This document shows, piece by piece, positions 8,373-16,262 of a DNA stretch of 17,031 nucleotides. Source of the DNA: Archangiaceae bacterium (lineage in GTDB: Bacteria > Myxococcota > Myxococcia > Myxococcales > Myxococcaceae); assembly GCA_043750125.1 (NCBI GenBank), contig JAYVCD010000026.1, positions 1-17,031 of the forward strand. The letters are read 5' to 3'. The notes beneath the pieces are model-generated. The model worked only from the letters and a program-made list of their open reading frames with translations. It ran no database searches and was not told the DNA's origin. The position numbers were made by a program, and so were the translations under genes. The stretch's first letter is position 1. Every line of letters begins with the position of its first letter.

Positions 8373-8475
8373 ATAATCCGGCAAACTATTACCCCAGTCT
8401 TTAAATACCCGAACTCCGGACACCTACCGTGGCATCAACGATAGCGGTCACGGAATGCGGCACGCCACAGAGCCC

Positions 8476-9494
8476 ATGCAGTGTCTTGACGAACAGGCCC
8501 TGCGCGCTGTTCTGCTCGGCACCGCTTCGGTCGATGATCTCGAAGAAATAGAACAACACGTCGACGTCTGCCCGACTTGCCGTCGCCTCGCCGCAGCCGT
8601 CGTTCGTTCCAGCCCCAACCCTCTGGAAACCGCCAGTGAAGGCTTGCCCAGCCCGTCACTGCTCTCGTCTGGCGACGCCGTTGGACGGTACGTCGTCATC
8701 GAGCTCATCGGCCCCGGCGCGATGTCCGTCGTCTATGCCGCCTATGACCCCGAGCTCGACCGCAAGATCTCACTCAAGCTGCTGCGCGCAGACGTCGAAG
8801 GAGCTCTGGGGAGGGCGCCGCCGCTCGTCTCACCACCGAAGCCCTGGCCATGGCTCGCCTTTCCCACCCCAATGTCGCCGTCGTTCACGACGGAGGCAGC
8901 TTCAGAGGCCAACTGTTCCTCGCGATGGAATACGTCGCCGGCACCGACAAGCCCTTCGCAGACGCGATGTTTCGCGCCAGCGCACAAAGCCTCGACCTCG
9001 CCTCAGCCCGTTGGACCCAGACCTACCGCGAGGTGTGTGAAGCCACCTGGCTGCTCGGCGAGCAATCCGAAGAGCTGCTCGATCTGCGCATGGCCTGCCT
9101 CGAAAACCGTCGCACCGCGATGCGCGCACTCACCACCACCCTCGCCTCTGCCGACGCAACCGTGGTCGAGCGCGCGCTGGGCGCCGCAGCCGAAGAGACG
9201 TTGGTTCGCGCGATCGGTTTTGCAGAGGAAGCAGAGGCTACCCGCAGCGGCGCTCAGGCCTGGATCAACCTCGTCTTCGTTCAGGGTTACCTGTTGGCCC
9301 ACGTCCCCGAGCCCCACCGTTCGCAGATCGTCGCGCGCGCCATGCTGCATCGCATGGGACCCGATCTCGATCTCGAAGCCGAGCTCGAGAACGCCAACGC
9401 CACCACCCTTCGCACCGAAGGTCGCTCTCGCTTCGCCAAAGTGCGCGGGGCGCAGTGGGAAGGTCAACGCAAAGGGCCCGGCAAAGGGGATTGA
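8476..9494 (+). pseudogene. Decayed zf-HC2 zinc finger + Ser/Thr protein kinase + TPR-type gene (one frameshift, apparent internal deletions, 3' truncation)
   Basis: ATG 8476: CLDEQALR...HVDVCPTC (HxxxCxxC), then GRYVVIELIGPGAMSVVYAAYDPELDRKISLKLL (kinase subdomains I-II). A 1-nt shift near GGGG 8808-8811 gives ARLTTEALAMARLSHPNVAVVHD...LAMEYVAGT. The catalytic HRD/DFG lobe is absent; the frame jumps to the post-membrane segment CEAT...GEQSEELLDLRMACL typical of myxobacterial kinase-TPR proteins. Confidence 0.85.
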
Positions 9495-9537
9495 GAGCGG
9501 CGGTTCACCGCGTCTTGGACTAAATGGGCCGGTTCAC

Positions 9538-10842
9538 ATGCGTCCTTACGAATTGATCAAAGCCAAGCGCGATGGGCTGGCGCTTTCCCCTGACGACATC
9601 CGCGCGTTCCTCGACGGCTACACCCAGGGCTCGGTGCCCGACTACCAGATGGCCGCGATGTGCATGGCGATCTTCTTCAAGGGCTTGAATGACGTGGAAC
9701 TCGGAGCCTGGGCCCGCGCGATGCTCGAGTCCGGTGAAGTGCTGGATCTCTCGGACACGCCCGGGATCAAGGTCGACAAACACTCGACCGGAGGCGTGGG
9801 AGACAAGGTCTCGCTCTCGTTGGCTCCACTGGCTGCAGCGTGCGGAGTTCCGGTGCCGATGATTTCTGGCCGGGGCCTGGGTCACACCGGCGGCACGCTC
9901 GACAAGCTCGAGTCCATTCCCGGCTTCCGGGTCGACCTCAGTGTCCCGGAATATCGCCGCCTGGTCCGCGAAGTCGGAATGTGTCTGATTGGTCAGACCG
10001 CCACCCTCGCGCCCGCGGACAAGAAGCTCTACGCGCTGCGCGATGTCACCGCGACCGTCGACTGCATTCCGCTGATCGCTTCGTCGATCATGAGCAAGAA
10101 GCTGGCGGAAGGAATCGACGCGCTCGTGCTCGATGTGAAAGTCGGCAGTGGCGCGTTCATGAAAACGATTGAAAACGCACGCACGCTCGCTCAGACGATG
10201 ATTGCGATCGGGACCCAGATGGGCAAACGCGTCACCGCATTGCTCACCGACATGGACCAGCCCCTCGGGCGCACCGTGGGCAACGCACTCGAAGTGATCG
10301 AAGCCGTCGAGATGCTGCGCGGCAAAGCGCCCGCCGATTACACCGAGGTCACCCTGGCGCTCACCGCACAGATGTTGGTGCTGGGCGGGAAGGCGAAGAA
10401 TGAGACCGAGGCGCGGGCTCGGCTGCAGATGGTGATCGCCGACGGGTCGGCTGAGAAGAAATTGCAGCAGCTCGTCGCAGCCCAGGGCGGGGATCCCGCG
10501 GCCATCGCAGACCTGTCTCGACTTCCGCGCGCGAGATCGACGGTGGAGATCCTCTCGTCCGCGCGAGGCTTCGTGGCGGGCATCGACTCAGAGGCGATCG
10601 GGCTGGCCGCGATGGTGCTCGGCGCGGGCCGGGAAAAGTCGACCGATCTGATCGACCCCGCCGTCGGCTTCGTCCTCGAGCGGAAAGTCGGAGACGCGGT
10701 GGTGGTCGGTGAACCGCTGGTCACCGTTCATTACAACTCCGAGGCCCACCTGGCCGAGGTCAAGGCCAGGGTCTTGAAGGCCTACCGAATCGGCGCAGCG
10801 GCCCCCGCGAAGAGGCCGCTGATTCTCGAGCGACTCGGCTGA
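9538..10842 (+). CDS. pdp: Pyrimidine-nucleoside / thymidine phosphorylase
   Basis: Real start is ATG 9538 (MRPYELIKAKRDG), 434 aa. Motifs VPDYQMAA, DKHSTGGVGDK, SGRGLGHTGGTLDKLESIPG, LRDVTATV, SIMSKKLAEG, DVKVGSGAFMK, LGAGR, IDPAVG. Confidence 0.96.
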   Translation: MRPYELIKAKRDGLALSPDDIRAFLDGYTQGSVPDYQMAAMCMAIFFKGLNDVELGAWARAMLESGEVLDLSDTPGIKVDKHSTGGVGDKVSLSLAPLAAACGVPVPMISGRGLGHTGGTLDKLESIPGFRVDLSVPEYRRLVREVGMCLIGQTATLAPADKKLYALRDVTATVDCIPLIASSIMSKKLAEGIDALVLDVKVGSGAFMKTIENARTLAQTMIAIGTQMGKRVTALLTDMDQPLGRTVGNALEVIEAVEMLRGKAPADYTEVTLALTAQMLVLGGKAKNETEARARLQMVIADGSAEKKLQQLVAAQGGDPAAIADLSRLPRARSTVEILSSARGFVAGIDSEAIGLAAMVLGAGREKSTDLIDPAVGFVLERKVGDAVVVGEPLVTVHYNSEAHLAEVKARVLKAYRIGAAAPAKRPLILERLG

Positions 10843-10846
10843 GGAT

Positions 10847-12490
10847 TTACGGCGTGGGGTCGTAGCAGGCGTCTGCCTGGCACGTGTTGGCTGCGGAGCA
10901 CGTCAGGTGGTTCGCACACTGCAGGCCACCGGCGCAGCTCGCCCCGGCGCTGACCTTCGCCGCGCAGAACCCCGCGTTGCAGAAGAGCCCGTTGGCGCAC
11001 TCTTCCAGATTGCTCGCGAGGCAGGCGGCTCCGACAGTCTTCTGAATTGCGCAGGTTCCACGGGTTGTCGGAACCGCGTTCGGAGTGCAGTACAGCCCCG
11101 ATTTGCAGTTGAAATAGTACCAACACTGCTGACCTGCGGCGGAAGGGGGGCTGCAGGTACCAGGACCATTGGCGGTGGCGGAGTTGCAGAAGAGATCGTC
11201 AGCGCAGCGAACCGAAGGGCTGGCATTGCAGACACTCCCAACTGCCGCGCGAGCCGCGCAGACGCCATTGCTGCAGAGGTTGGGAGCGGCGCATTCGAGC
11301 TCGGACGCACAGCTGGTTCCGCTGCCCTTCTTCGCGACGCAGGTGTTGGAAGCGTTGCAATAGTTGTTGGCAACGCAAGTTTGCTGCTGAGTGAGGGGCG
11401 CGATGGCAGCGCACGAGCTTCCAGCGGCTACCGGCGCTCTGCACGACGCACTACTCACCCCGTTGATGGAGCCGTAACCATAGATGTAGAGGCCTGCCTG
11501 GCACTCGCGCGGGTCAAGCCCCGTAGCGCTGACTCCGACTGCCTTCCTCGGCTGACAGGACCCGGGACAGCTCGTCACGCTATCGAGGCAATATGAAGCG
11601 GTGCTGCATTCGAAGTTGGCGTAACAAGTTCCCCCGTTGGCGACGTTGCCGATCTGGAACCCTTGGCAATCCACGTCCGTGTCGAATTCGGGCGCGGTGC
11701 AGCTGAAGCTCGTCGCATATTTGTTGAGGCAACGTTGAGCGGCTGCACCATCAAACGTCATCCGACCGTCTTTGATGGCTGGCCTTTCCTGATAGCCCAA
11801 ACCCGTGACAAAGCGACCGAGGTAGTCGGCGCAGGAGGACTCGGTGGCAGTCAGACCGCACCGTGTTTCGTACGCGCAAACCTTGGACAAGATGGTTGCG
11901 TTGAACGCGTCATAGGCCGCAACGCCGCCGCCCGTTCCAGTGCCGCCGCCCGTTCCAGTGCCGCCGCCCGTTCCAGTGCCGCCGCCCGTTCCAGTGCCGC
12001 CGCCGGTTCCAGTGCCGCCGCCCGTTCCAACGCCGCCGCCGGTTCCAGTTCCTCCGCCCGTTCCAACGCCGCCGCCGGTTCCAGTGCCGCCACCGGTTCC
12101 AACGCCGCCGCCGGTTCCAGTGCCGCCACCGGTTCCAACGCCGCCACCGGTTCCAGTTCCGCCGCCGGTTCCAGTTCCGCCGCCGGTTCCAGTTCCGCCG
12201 CCGGTTCCACTGCCGCCGCCGCTGCCCGCGACGCACGCACCGCTTGAGCACACGTTGCCAGCGGTACACGCCTGACAGGCCACGCCCGCGTTGCCGCAGG
12301 TCGAACTGGCCTGCAGTCGGCAGGTTCCCGTCGAATCACAACATCCCGTCGCGCACGAGACCGCGTCACAGGGGGACGGAGGATGGCCGCACGCCGAAAG
12401 CAGCGACAGCAAGGACCCTGCGAAGAGCACCAGGCCTCTGCCTGAACGCAACGCAACCACGATCGAACCTTCGATTTCGCCACTTCGCAT
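10847..12490 (-). CDS. Cys-rich surface lipoprotein with a Gly/Thr repeat linker and tandem four-Cys modules
   Basis: 547 aa (alternative GTG start at 12460). Lipobox LLSAC, 10-Cys N-terminal module, (GGG[T/V/S]GT)16 linker, then 38 Cys, mostly in G-x-x-C...C...C...C modules; 49 Cys by manual count. Confidence 0.85.
   Translation of the reverse strand: MRSGEIEGSIVVALRSGRGLVLFAGSLLSLLSACGHPPSPCDAVSCATGCCDSTGTCRLQASSTCGNAGVACQACTAGNVCSSGACVAGSGGGSGTGGGTGTGGGTGTGGGTGTGGGVGTGGGTGTGGGVGTGGGTGTGGGVGTGGGTGTGGGVGTGGGTGTGGGTGTGGGTGTGGGTGTGGGTGTGGGVAAYDAFNATILSKVCAYETRCGLTATESSCADYLGRFVTGLGYQERPAIKDGRMTFDGAAAQRCLNKYATSFSCTAPEFDTDVDCQGFQIGNVANGGTCYANFECSTASYCLDSVTSCPGSCQPRKAVGVSATGLDPRECQAGLYIYGYGSINGVSSASCRAPVAAGSSCAAIAPLTQQQTCVANNYCNASNTCVAKKGSGTSCASELECAAPNLCSNGVCAARAAVGSVCNASPSVRCADDLFCNSATANGPGTCSPPSAAGQQCWYYFNCKSGLYCTPNAVPTTRGTCAIQKTVGAACLASNLEECANGLFCNAGFCAAKVSAGASCAGGLQCANHLTCSAANTCQADACYDPTP
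11921..12220. repeat. Coding tandem repeat: 16 full 18-nt units plus a 12-nt partial unit
   Basis: + strand unit [c/g]gttcc-[agt/aac/act]-gccgccgcc with synonymous variants, full units 11933-12220. Encodes GGGTGT/GGGVGT on the minus strand. Confidence 0.97.
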
Positions 12491-12523
12491 TTCGGACTGC
12501 CCCCTGGATTGTGCCGGGCCCGA

Positions 12524-12539
12524 TGCAAATCAAAGGCCG
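12524..12539 (-). promoter_or_regulatory. Possible sigma-54 (-24/-12) promoter for the Cys-rich lipoprotein gene
   Basis: Minus strand CGGCCTTTGATTTGCA has GG-N10-GC spacing with TTGCA, 33 nt before ATG 12490, and AGGGGG precedes that ATG. The -24 box departs from TGGCAC. Confidence 0.33.
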
Positions 12540-12634
12540 AACGTAAGCAATTGTAATCGCAGACCCTCCTATCCGTTCCTGACCTTCAAGGCAGGGCAGC
12601 CACGTCGCGGCGGACACGAATTTGATGCCGGTTT

Positions 12635-12991
12635 TCAATTCGCGACGGTCACCTTCTTCACTCCCCGCTTTTCGAGCAGCGCCGGCAGGCGATCGCGCTG
12701 GTCTCCCTGCAACACCAGCGCGTCGTCTTCGACCTGGCCACCACAGCCAAGCCCGGTCTTGAGCGCCTTGAGCCACTCGTCGCGATCCTTCACCGAAAGC
12801 TCGAGGTGAGAGACGATCGTCACTTCCTTTCCTCTGCGCCCGGCCCGTTCGAGCCGAACCACCGCGCGCGCGGGCGGCTTCTTCTCGGGCACCGCTTTCT
12901 GCCGCGGGGCTTTTCCCTCGGGCAGTTTGTCTTTCAGACCGGCGAGCGCAGCGAACGGATTGTGGAACGGTTTCTTCTCGTCGTCGGCCAT
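12635..12991 (-). CDS. yciH: Translation initiation factor SUI1/eIF1-like protein (YciH)
   Basis: 118 aa. NPFAAL N-terminus, RAGRRGKEVTIV, LKTGLGCGG, LVLQGDQRDRL...LEKRG are SUI1 hallmarks. Confidence 0.92.
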   Translation of the reverse strand: MADDEKKPFHNPFAALAGLKDKLPEGKAPRQKAVPEKKPPARAVVRLERAGRRGKEVTIVSHLELSVKDRDEWLKALKTGLGCGGQVEDDALVLQGDQRDRLPALLEKRGVKKVTVAN

Positions 12992-12994
12992 CCG

Positions 12995-14257
12995 TCACCG
13001 AGGCGGCGGCGGAGGAGGCAGCTTGGCGAAGTACTTCGTGTTGGCGTCGCCTTTCGACATCATCATCCCGTACAGGAACGCCGGGACTGGGGGCGTCTCG
13101 CGGCCATTGATCAACACCAGCGGCGTCCCTTCCGGGTTGTACAGCGACGCGTATTCTACGTCCTCGTCGACCCGGGCCTGGGTCTGTGGATTGTCGATGC
13201 ACGCCTGAAGCTTCTCGAGCGGCATCCCCTTCGACGCAATCTGAAGAATCTGTGCTTTGCCCAGCGCGGCCTGGTTCTCGAACATCTCCGTCCGCAGCGC
13301 CCAGTATTGCGGGCTGCTTTCCAGGCAAATCTGAGCCTTCGCCCCCAGGCACCGAACGCCATCGCCGGGCGAGGTCGACATCTTCTTGTTGCACTCGGCA
13401 TCGAGGGGGAAATACCGCGGCTCGATCGACAGGTTCGCGACGGGCACTGCTTTCTTCAGGCCCTCGAGCGTCGACAGCAACGTCCGGCAGTGGGTGCACA
13501 AGATGTCCGTGAACTCGACCAACTTCACCGGTGCATCGGCCGGCCCATAGCGCTGGTGCACGGGGAAAGCGGTCACGTCGGGGACGACCGATTTGAGCCA
13601 CGTCGCGCGCGCCTCGGACGCCGCCTGGGCTTCGCCCCACTGAAGTCCGGCGAAGTATTTTTCGATGTCCTCTTCCTTCGGACGTTCTTTGATCGCAGTC
13701 GCGGTTCCCTTCGGCGTCTGGCTGCCCGGCCAGAGCAGCACCAGGAAAACCGGCACCGCAATCGAAGCCAACCACGCCGCGGCGGGAGTGAACGATTCCA
13801 CCTTCGGCAGCAACAACAGCACCGGCAGCGCGAAGCAGATGGTCAGCGCGTACGTGCCCAGGCAGGTGAGGCAGAGGGCTCCCATCTTCGCCGACGCGAC
13901 GCTGAAGGTGATGCACGACAAGACGCCGAGCGCCGCCCAGACCTTGGCCGCCGCGATCGGCCCAGAGAGATCTCCGCCGACCAGCATTCTTCGGGCGAGC
14001 ACGACCGTCACCCCGAAAGCGGTCAGCCCCCAGACGAGCCCGAGACCTGCGACCGGCATTCCGAGCATCGCGTGCACCCGCAACGCGAAGTCCGAGTTCC
14101 ACACCGTCGCGCAGTTGACGGTGTCGTTGATCGCGCAGACCGCCGTGCCGCCTCCGCGAACCAGCAGCAGCTCCATCCACTGGTAGACGGACAACAGCGA
14201 TTCGGCCAGCGCCGTCACGAACATCAAGCTCAGAGCATTGGGAGAGATCTTGTTCAC
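12995..14257 (-). CDS. VKOR (vitamin K epoxide reductase family) - DsbA/thioredoxin-fold fusion, disulfide-bond formation
   Basis: 420 aa. VKOR loop cysteines (VCAINDTVNCATVWNSDFA), GMPVAGLG, CLTC, several TM helices; then GPADAPVKLVEFTDILCTHC and the cis-Pro loop EGTP of DsbA-like proteins. Confidence 0.9.
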   Translation of the reverse strand: MNKISPNALSLMFVTALAESLLSVYQWMELLLVRGGGTAVCAINDTVNCATVWNSDFALRVHAMLGMPVAGLGLVWGLTAFGVTVVLARRMLVGGDLSGPIAAAKVWAALGVLSCITFSVASAKMGALCLTCLGTYALTICFALPVLLLLPKVESFTPAAAWLASIAVPVFLVLLWPGSQTPKGTATAIKERPKEEDIEKYFAGLQWGEAQAASEARATWLKSVVPDVTAFPVHQRYGPADAPVKLVEFTDILCTHCRTLLSTLEGLKKAVPVANLSIEPRYFPLDAECNKKMSTSPGDGVRCLGAKAQICLESSPQYWALRTEMFENQAALGKAQILQIASKGMPLEKLQACIDNPQTQARVDEDVEYASLYNPEGTPLVLINGRETPPVPAFLYGMMMSKGDANTKYFAKLPPPPPPR

Positions 14258-14312
14258 GGCGCGCCGCTCTTAACGTGCAGCGAGAGCGCCGCAAAGCCTC
14301 TATATAGAGACG

Positions 14313-15218
14313 GTGTCCGTTTCGTCTTCGGCGTTGACGTATCGGGCCGCCCATGAGGCCGCGGCCTGGGTTGATTTGTCCGCACGCCAACAACTGCGGG
14401 TGATTGGCGGCGAGCGGGTCAGCTACGTGCAGGGAATGGTGACGAACGACGTAGAGAAGCTCGGCGTCGGGGCTTCCCTCTACGCGACGATGCTCACCGC
14501 CAGGGGCGCGATGGTCGCCGACCTTCGGGTGCTCAAGCGCGACGAGGACGTGGTGCTGGACCTCGAGCCCGGGGCGCTGCCGACGGTCAAAGCCTTCCTC
14601 GAGAAGTACCTCATCTCGGAAGACGCGGAAGTCATCGACGCCTCGGATCTCGCGGTGATTGGCCTGCTCGGCCCTCGCCACGCCGAGCTGCTCGGCAAGC
14701 TGCCGGCGGGGGCCCAGGTGGGAATGCTGGTGGGACTGCATGGCACCCCGATTGACCTGTTGATTCACCGTGACGCGCTCGAGTCCGTTCGCGCGGCGCT
14801 CGCCGATTTTCCCTGCGTCGACTTCGAGACCTTCGAGGTCCTTCGGGTCGAAGCGGGCCAGCCACGCTGGGGCGCCGAGCTGCTCGAGACCACCATTCCG
14901 CTCGAAGCCTCACTGGACCACGCCATCTCGTACACCAAGGGTTGCTACATCGGGCAGGAGGTCATCGCCCGCGCCACCCATCGCGGGCAGATGCAGCGAA
15001 AGCTTTCGGGGCTGTTGCTGGGAGACGCCACGGCCGAGCGCGGAACCGAGCTGCGCCGAGGTGAAAAAAAGGTCGGGTGGATTGGCTCGGTCGTCCGTTC
15101 GCCCAGGGTCGGGCAGACCATTGCCCTGGGTTACGTCCACCGCGACGCTCTGGCCGTGGGCACGGTGTTGACCCTGGCGACCGGACAGACCGCCACCGTG
15201 GCCGCGCTTCCGTTCTAA
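14313..15218 (+). CDS. ygfZ: Folate-binding protein YgfZ / GcvT-like
   Basis: 301 aa. YVQGMVTNDV, LRVEAGQP, signature KGCYIGQE, IALGYV. Confidence 0.93.
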   Translation: MSVSSSALTYRAAHEAAAWVDLSARQQLRVIGGERVSYVQGMVTNDVEKLGVGASLYATMLTARGAMVADLRVLKRDEDVVLDLEPGALPTVKAFLEKYLISEDAEVIDASDLAVIGLLGPRHAELLGKLPAGAQVGMLVGLHGTPIDLLIHRDALESVRAALADFPCVDFETFEVLRVEAGQPRWGAELLETTIPLEASLDHAISYTKGCYIGQEVIARATHRGQMQRKLSGLLLGDATAERGTELRRGEKKVGWIGSVVRSPRVGQTIALGYVHRDALAVGTVLTLATGQTATVAALPF

Positions 15219-16195
15219 GGCTTCATCAGCTCGGCCAGCCACGCGGCAAAGGCAGGCGCGGCGACCACTTCTGCCATGCGCGCCCTCAACGTCTGCCGAC
15301 CGAGAATCCGGTAGGCCTGCAGTTGACCACTTTCTTCGAGGACTTCTCGCAGCGAACGTCCGCCTTCGCGCAGGGTCAGGCGCTGGGCGATTTCCTTCAG
15401 CGCCAGGTCGGACGCGGGGGTGGCGATCCACTGCTCGAGGCCCTCGCGCAGCGCCTGGGTTCCGCCGGGAATGTCGAGGTTCATCAGCTCGCGCGCCAAC
15501 TGAGGTAAAGTCAGGTCGAGCACCCCCTCGAAGAAGGCCACCCGCAGCTCGGCTGCTTCGTGTGCCCGCTTCGGGTTGCTCACCGAATCGGCGAGCTCGG
15601 CGAACACCCCGGACAACGAGGCGTCGACGAAATCCACCGCCCGCTTCTCGAGCTGCCGTTCGACTTCGCTCGAGACGGCGCCGACCATCGAGCCGATCGC
15701 TCCGGACCGCGCTTTGGCGGTATCCACTGCAAACCTTGCGAGGCCTCCGAGAGACTTTGCGACTCCGGCGACGGGCGAGGTCACCTTTTTTCCGAAGTCG
15801 GTCACGGTCTGCAACAGCAGGCCGCGGATCAGCTCGCGCACCGGAGGGCGATCGATGATCGTCAGCACCAGCCGCCGGTCGGGCGAGTAGGGACGCTCGA
15901 GCAGCTGGACCAGGGTCGTCTTGAGGTCCTCGGCCGTGACTTCGCGCAGCGTGCGTCCGTCGCTTTGCAGCGCGTTGACCGCCGCTTCGACCAGTCGGTT
16001 GAGCGCGGGGACCGCCTGGGGCGACTGCAGCCACCCTTCGATCGCGAGCCGAAACGCGCGGACGGCGAGGTCCTCGGGGACCAGGGTCATCAGCGACGTG
16101 TCGAGCAGCCCGTCGAGGGTGAGCTCGGCCAGTTGGTCCAGCGGTCCACCGTCGGCGAGATTGCCGAGGCGTTGATTGAGGGCGGCGGGGTCCAT
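15215..16195 (-). CDS. Hypothetical protein, probably all-alpha-helical (326 aa)
   Basis: Start moved to ATG 16195 (MDPAALNQRL) because the track's extension to 16573 is antisense to orn. G/C-ending codons, Leu/Ala/Glu-rich. Its stop overlaps the ygfZ stop convergently (15215-15218). Confidence 0.82.
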   Translation of the reverse strand: MDPAALNQRLGNLADGGPLDQLAELTLDGLLDTSLMTLVPEDLAVRAFRLAIEGWLQSPQAVPALNRLVEAAVNALQSDGRTLREVTAEDLKTTLVQLLERPYSPDRRLVLTIIDRPPVRELIRGLLLQTVTDFGKKVTSPVAGVAKSLGGLARFAVDTAKARSGAIGSMVGAVSSEVERQLEKRAVDFVDASLSGVFAELADSVSNPKRAHEAAELRVAFFEGVLDLTLPQLARELMNLDIPGGTQALREGLEQWIATPASDLALKEIAQRLTLREGGRSLREVLEESGQLQAYRILGRQTLRARMAEVVAAPAFAAWLAELMKP

Positions 16196-16262
16196 GGTCG
16201 ACGGTGTAACTAACAGAAAGCCGCTCGACACAATGGGCTCGCCGTGAGAACACCTGACGCCT

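Noticed and set aside
8455-10842. 795-aa ORF as a genuine evolved kinase-phosphorylase fusion
   Set aside because: The middle is off-frame pseudogene sequence (kinase similarity continues in another frame from about 8811), and pdp has its own canonical N-terminus at 9538.
11921-12220. CRISPR array, or a Pro-rich protein on the + strand (11940..12275)
   Set aside because: Units are contiguous with no unique spacers, variation is mostly synonymous in the minus-strand Gly/Thr frame, and there are no cas genes.
12493-12512. cggactgccccctggattgt resembling a cobalamin-riboswitch core or an IS3-type end
   Set aside because: Wrong strand for the adjacent gene, the other riboswitch elements and a partner inverted repeat are missing, and it is explained as the complement of the lipoprotein's SD region.
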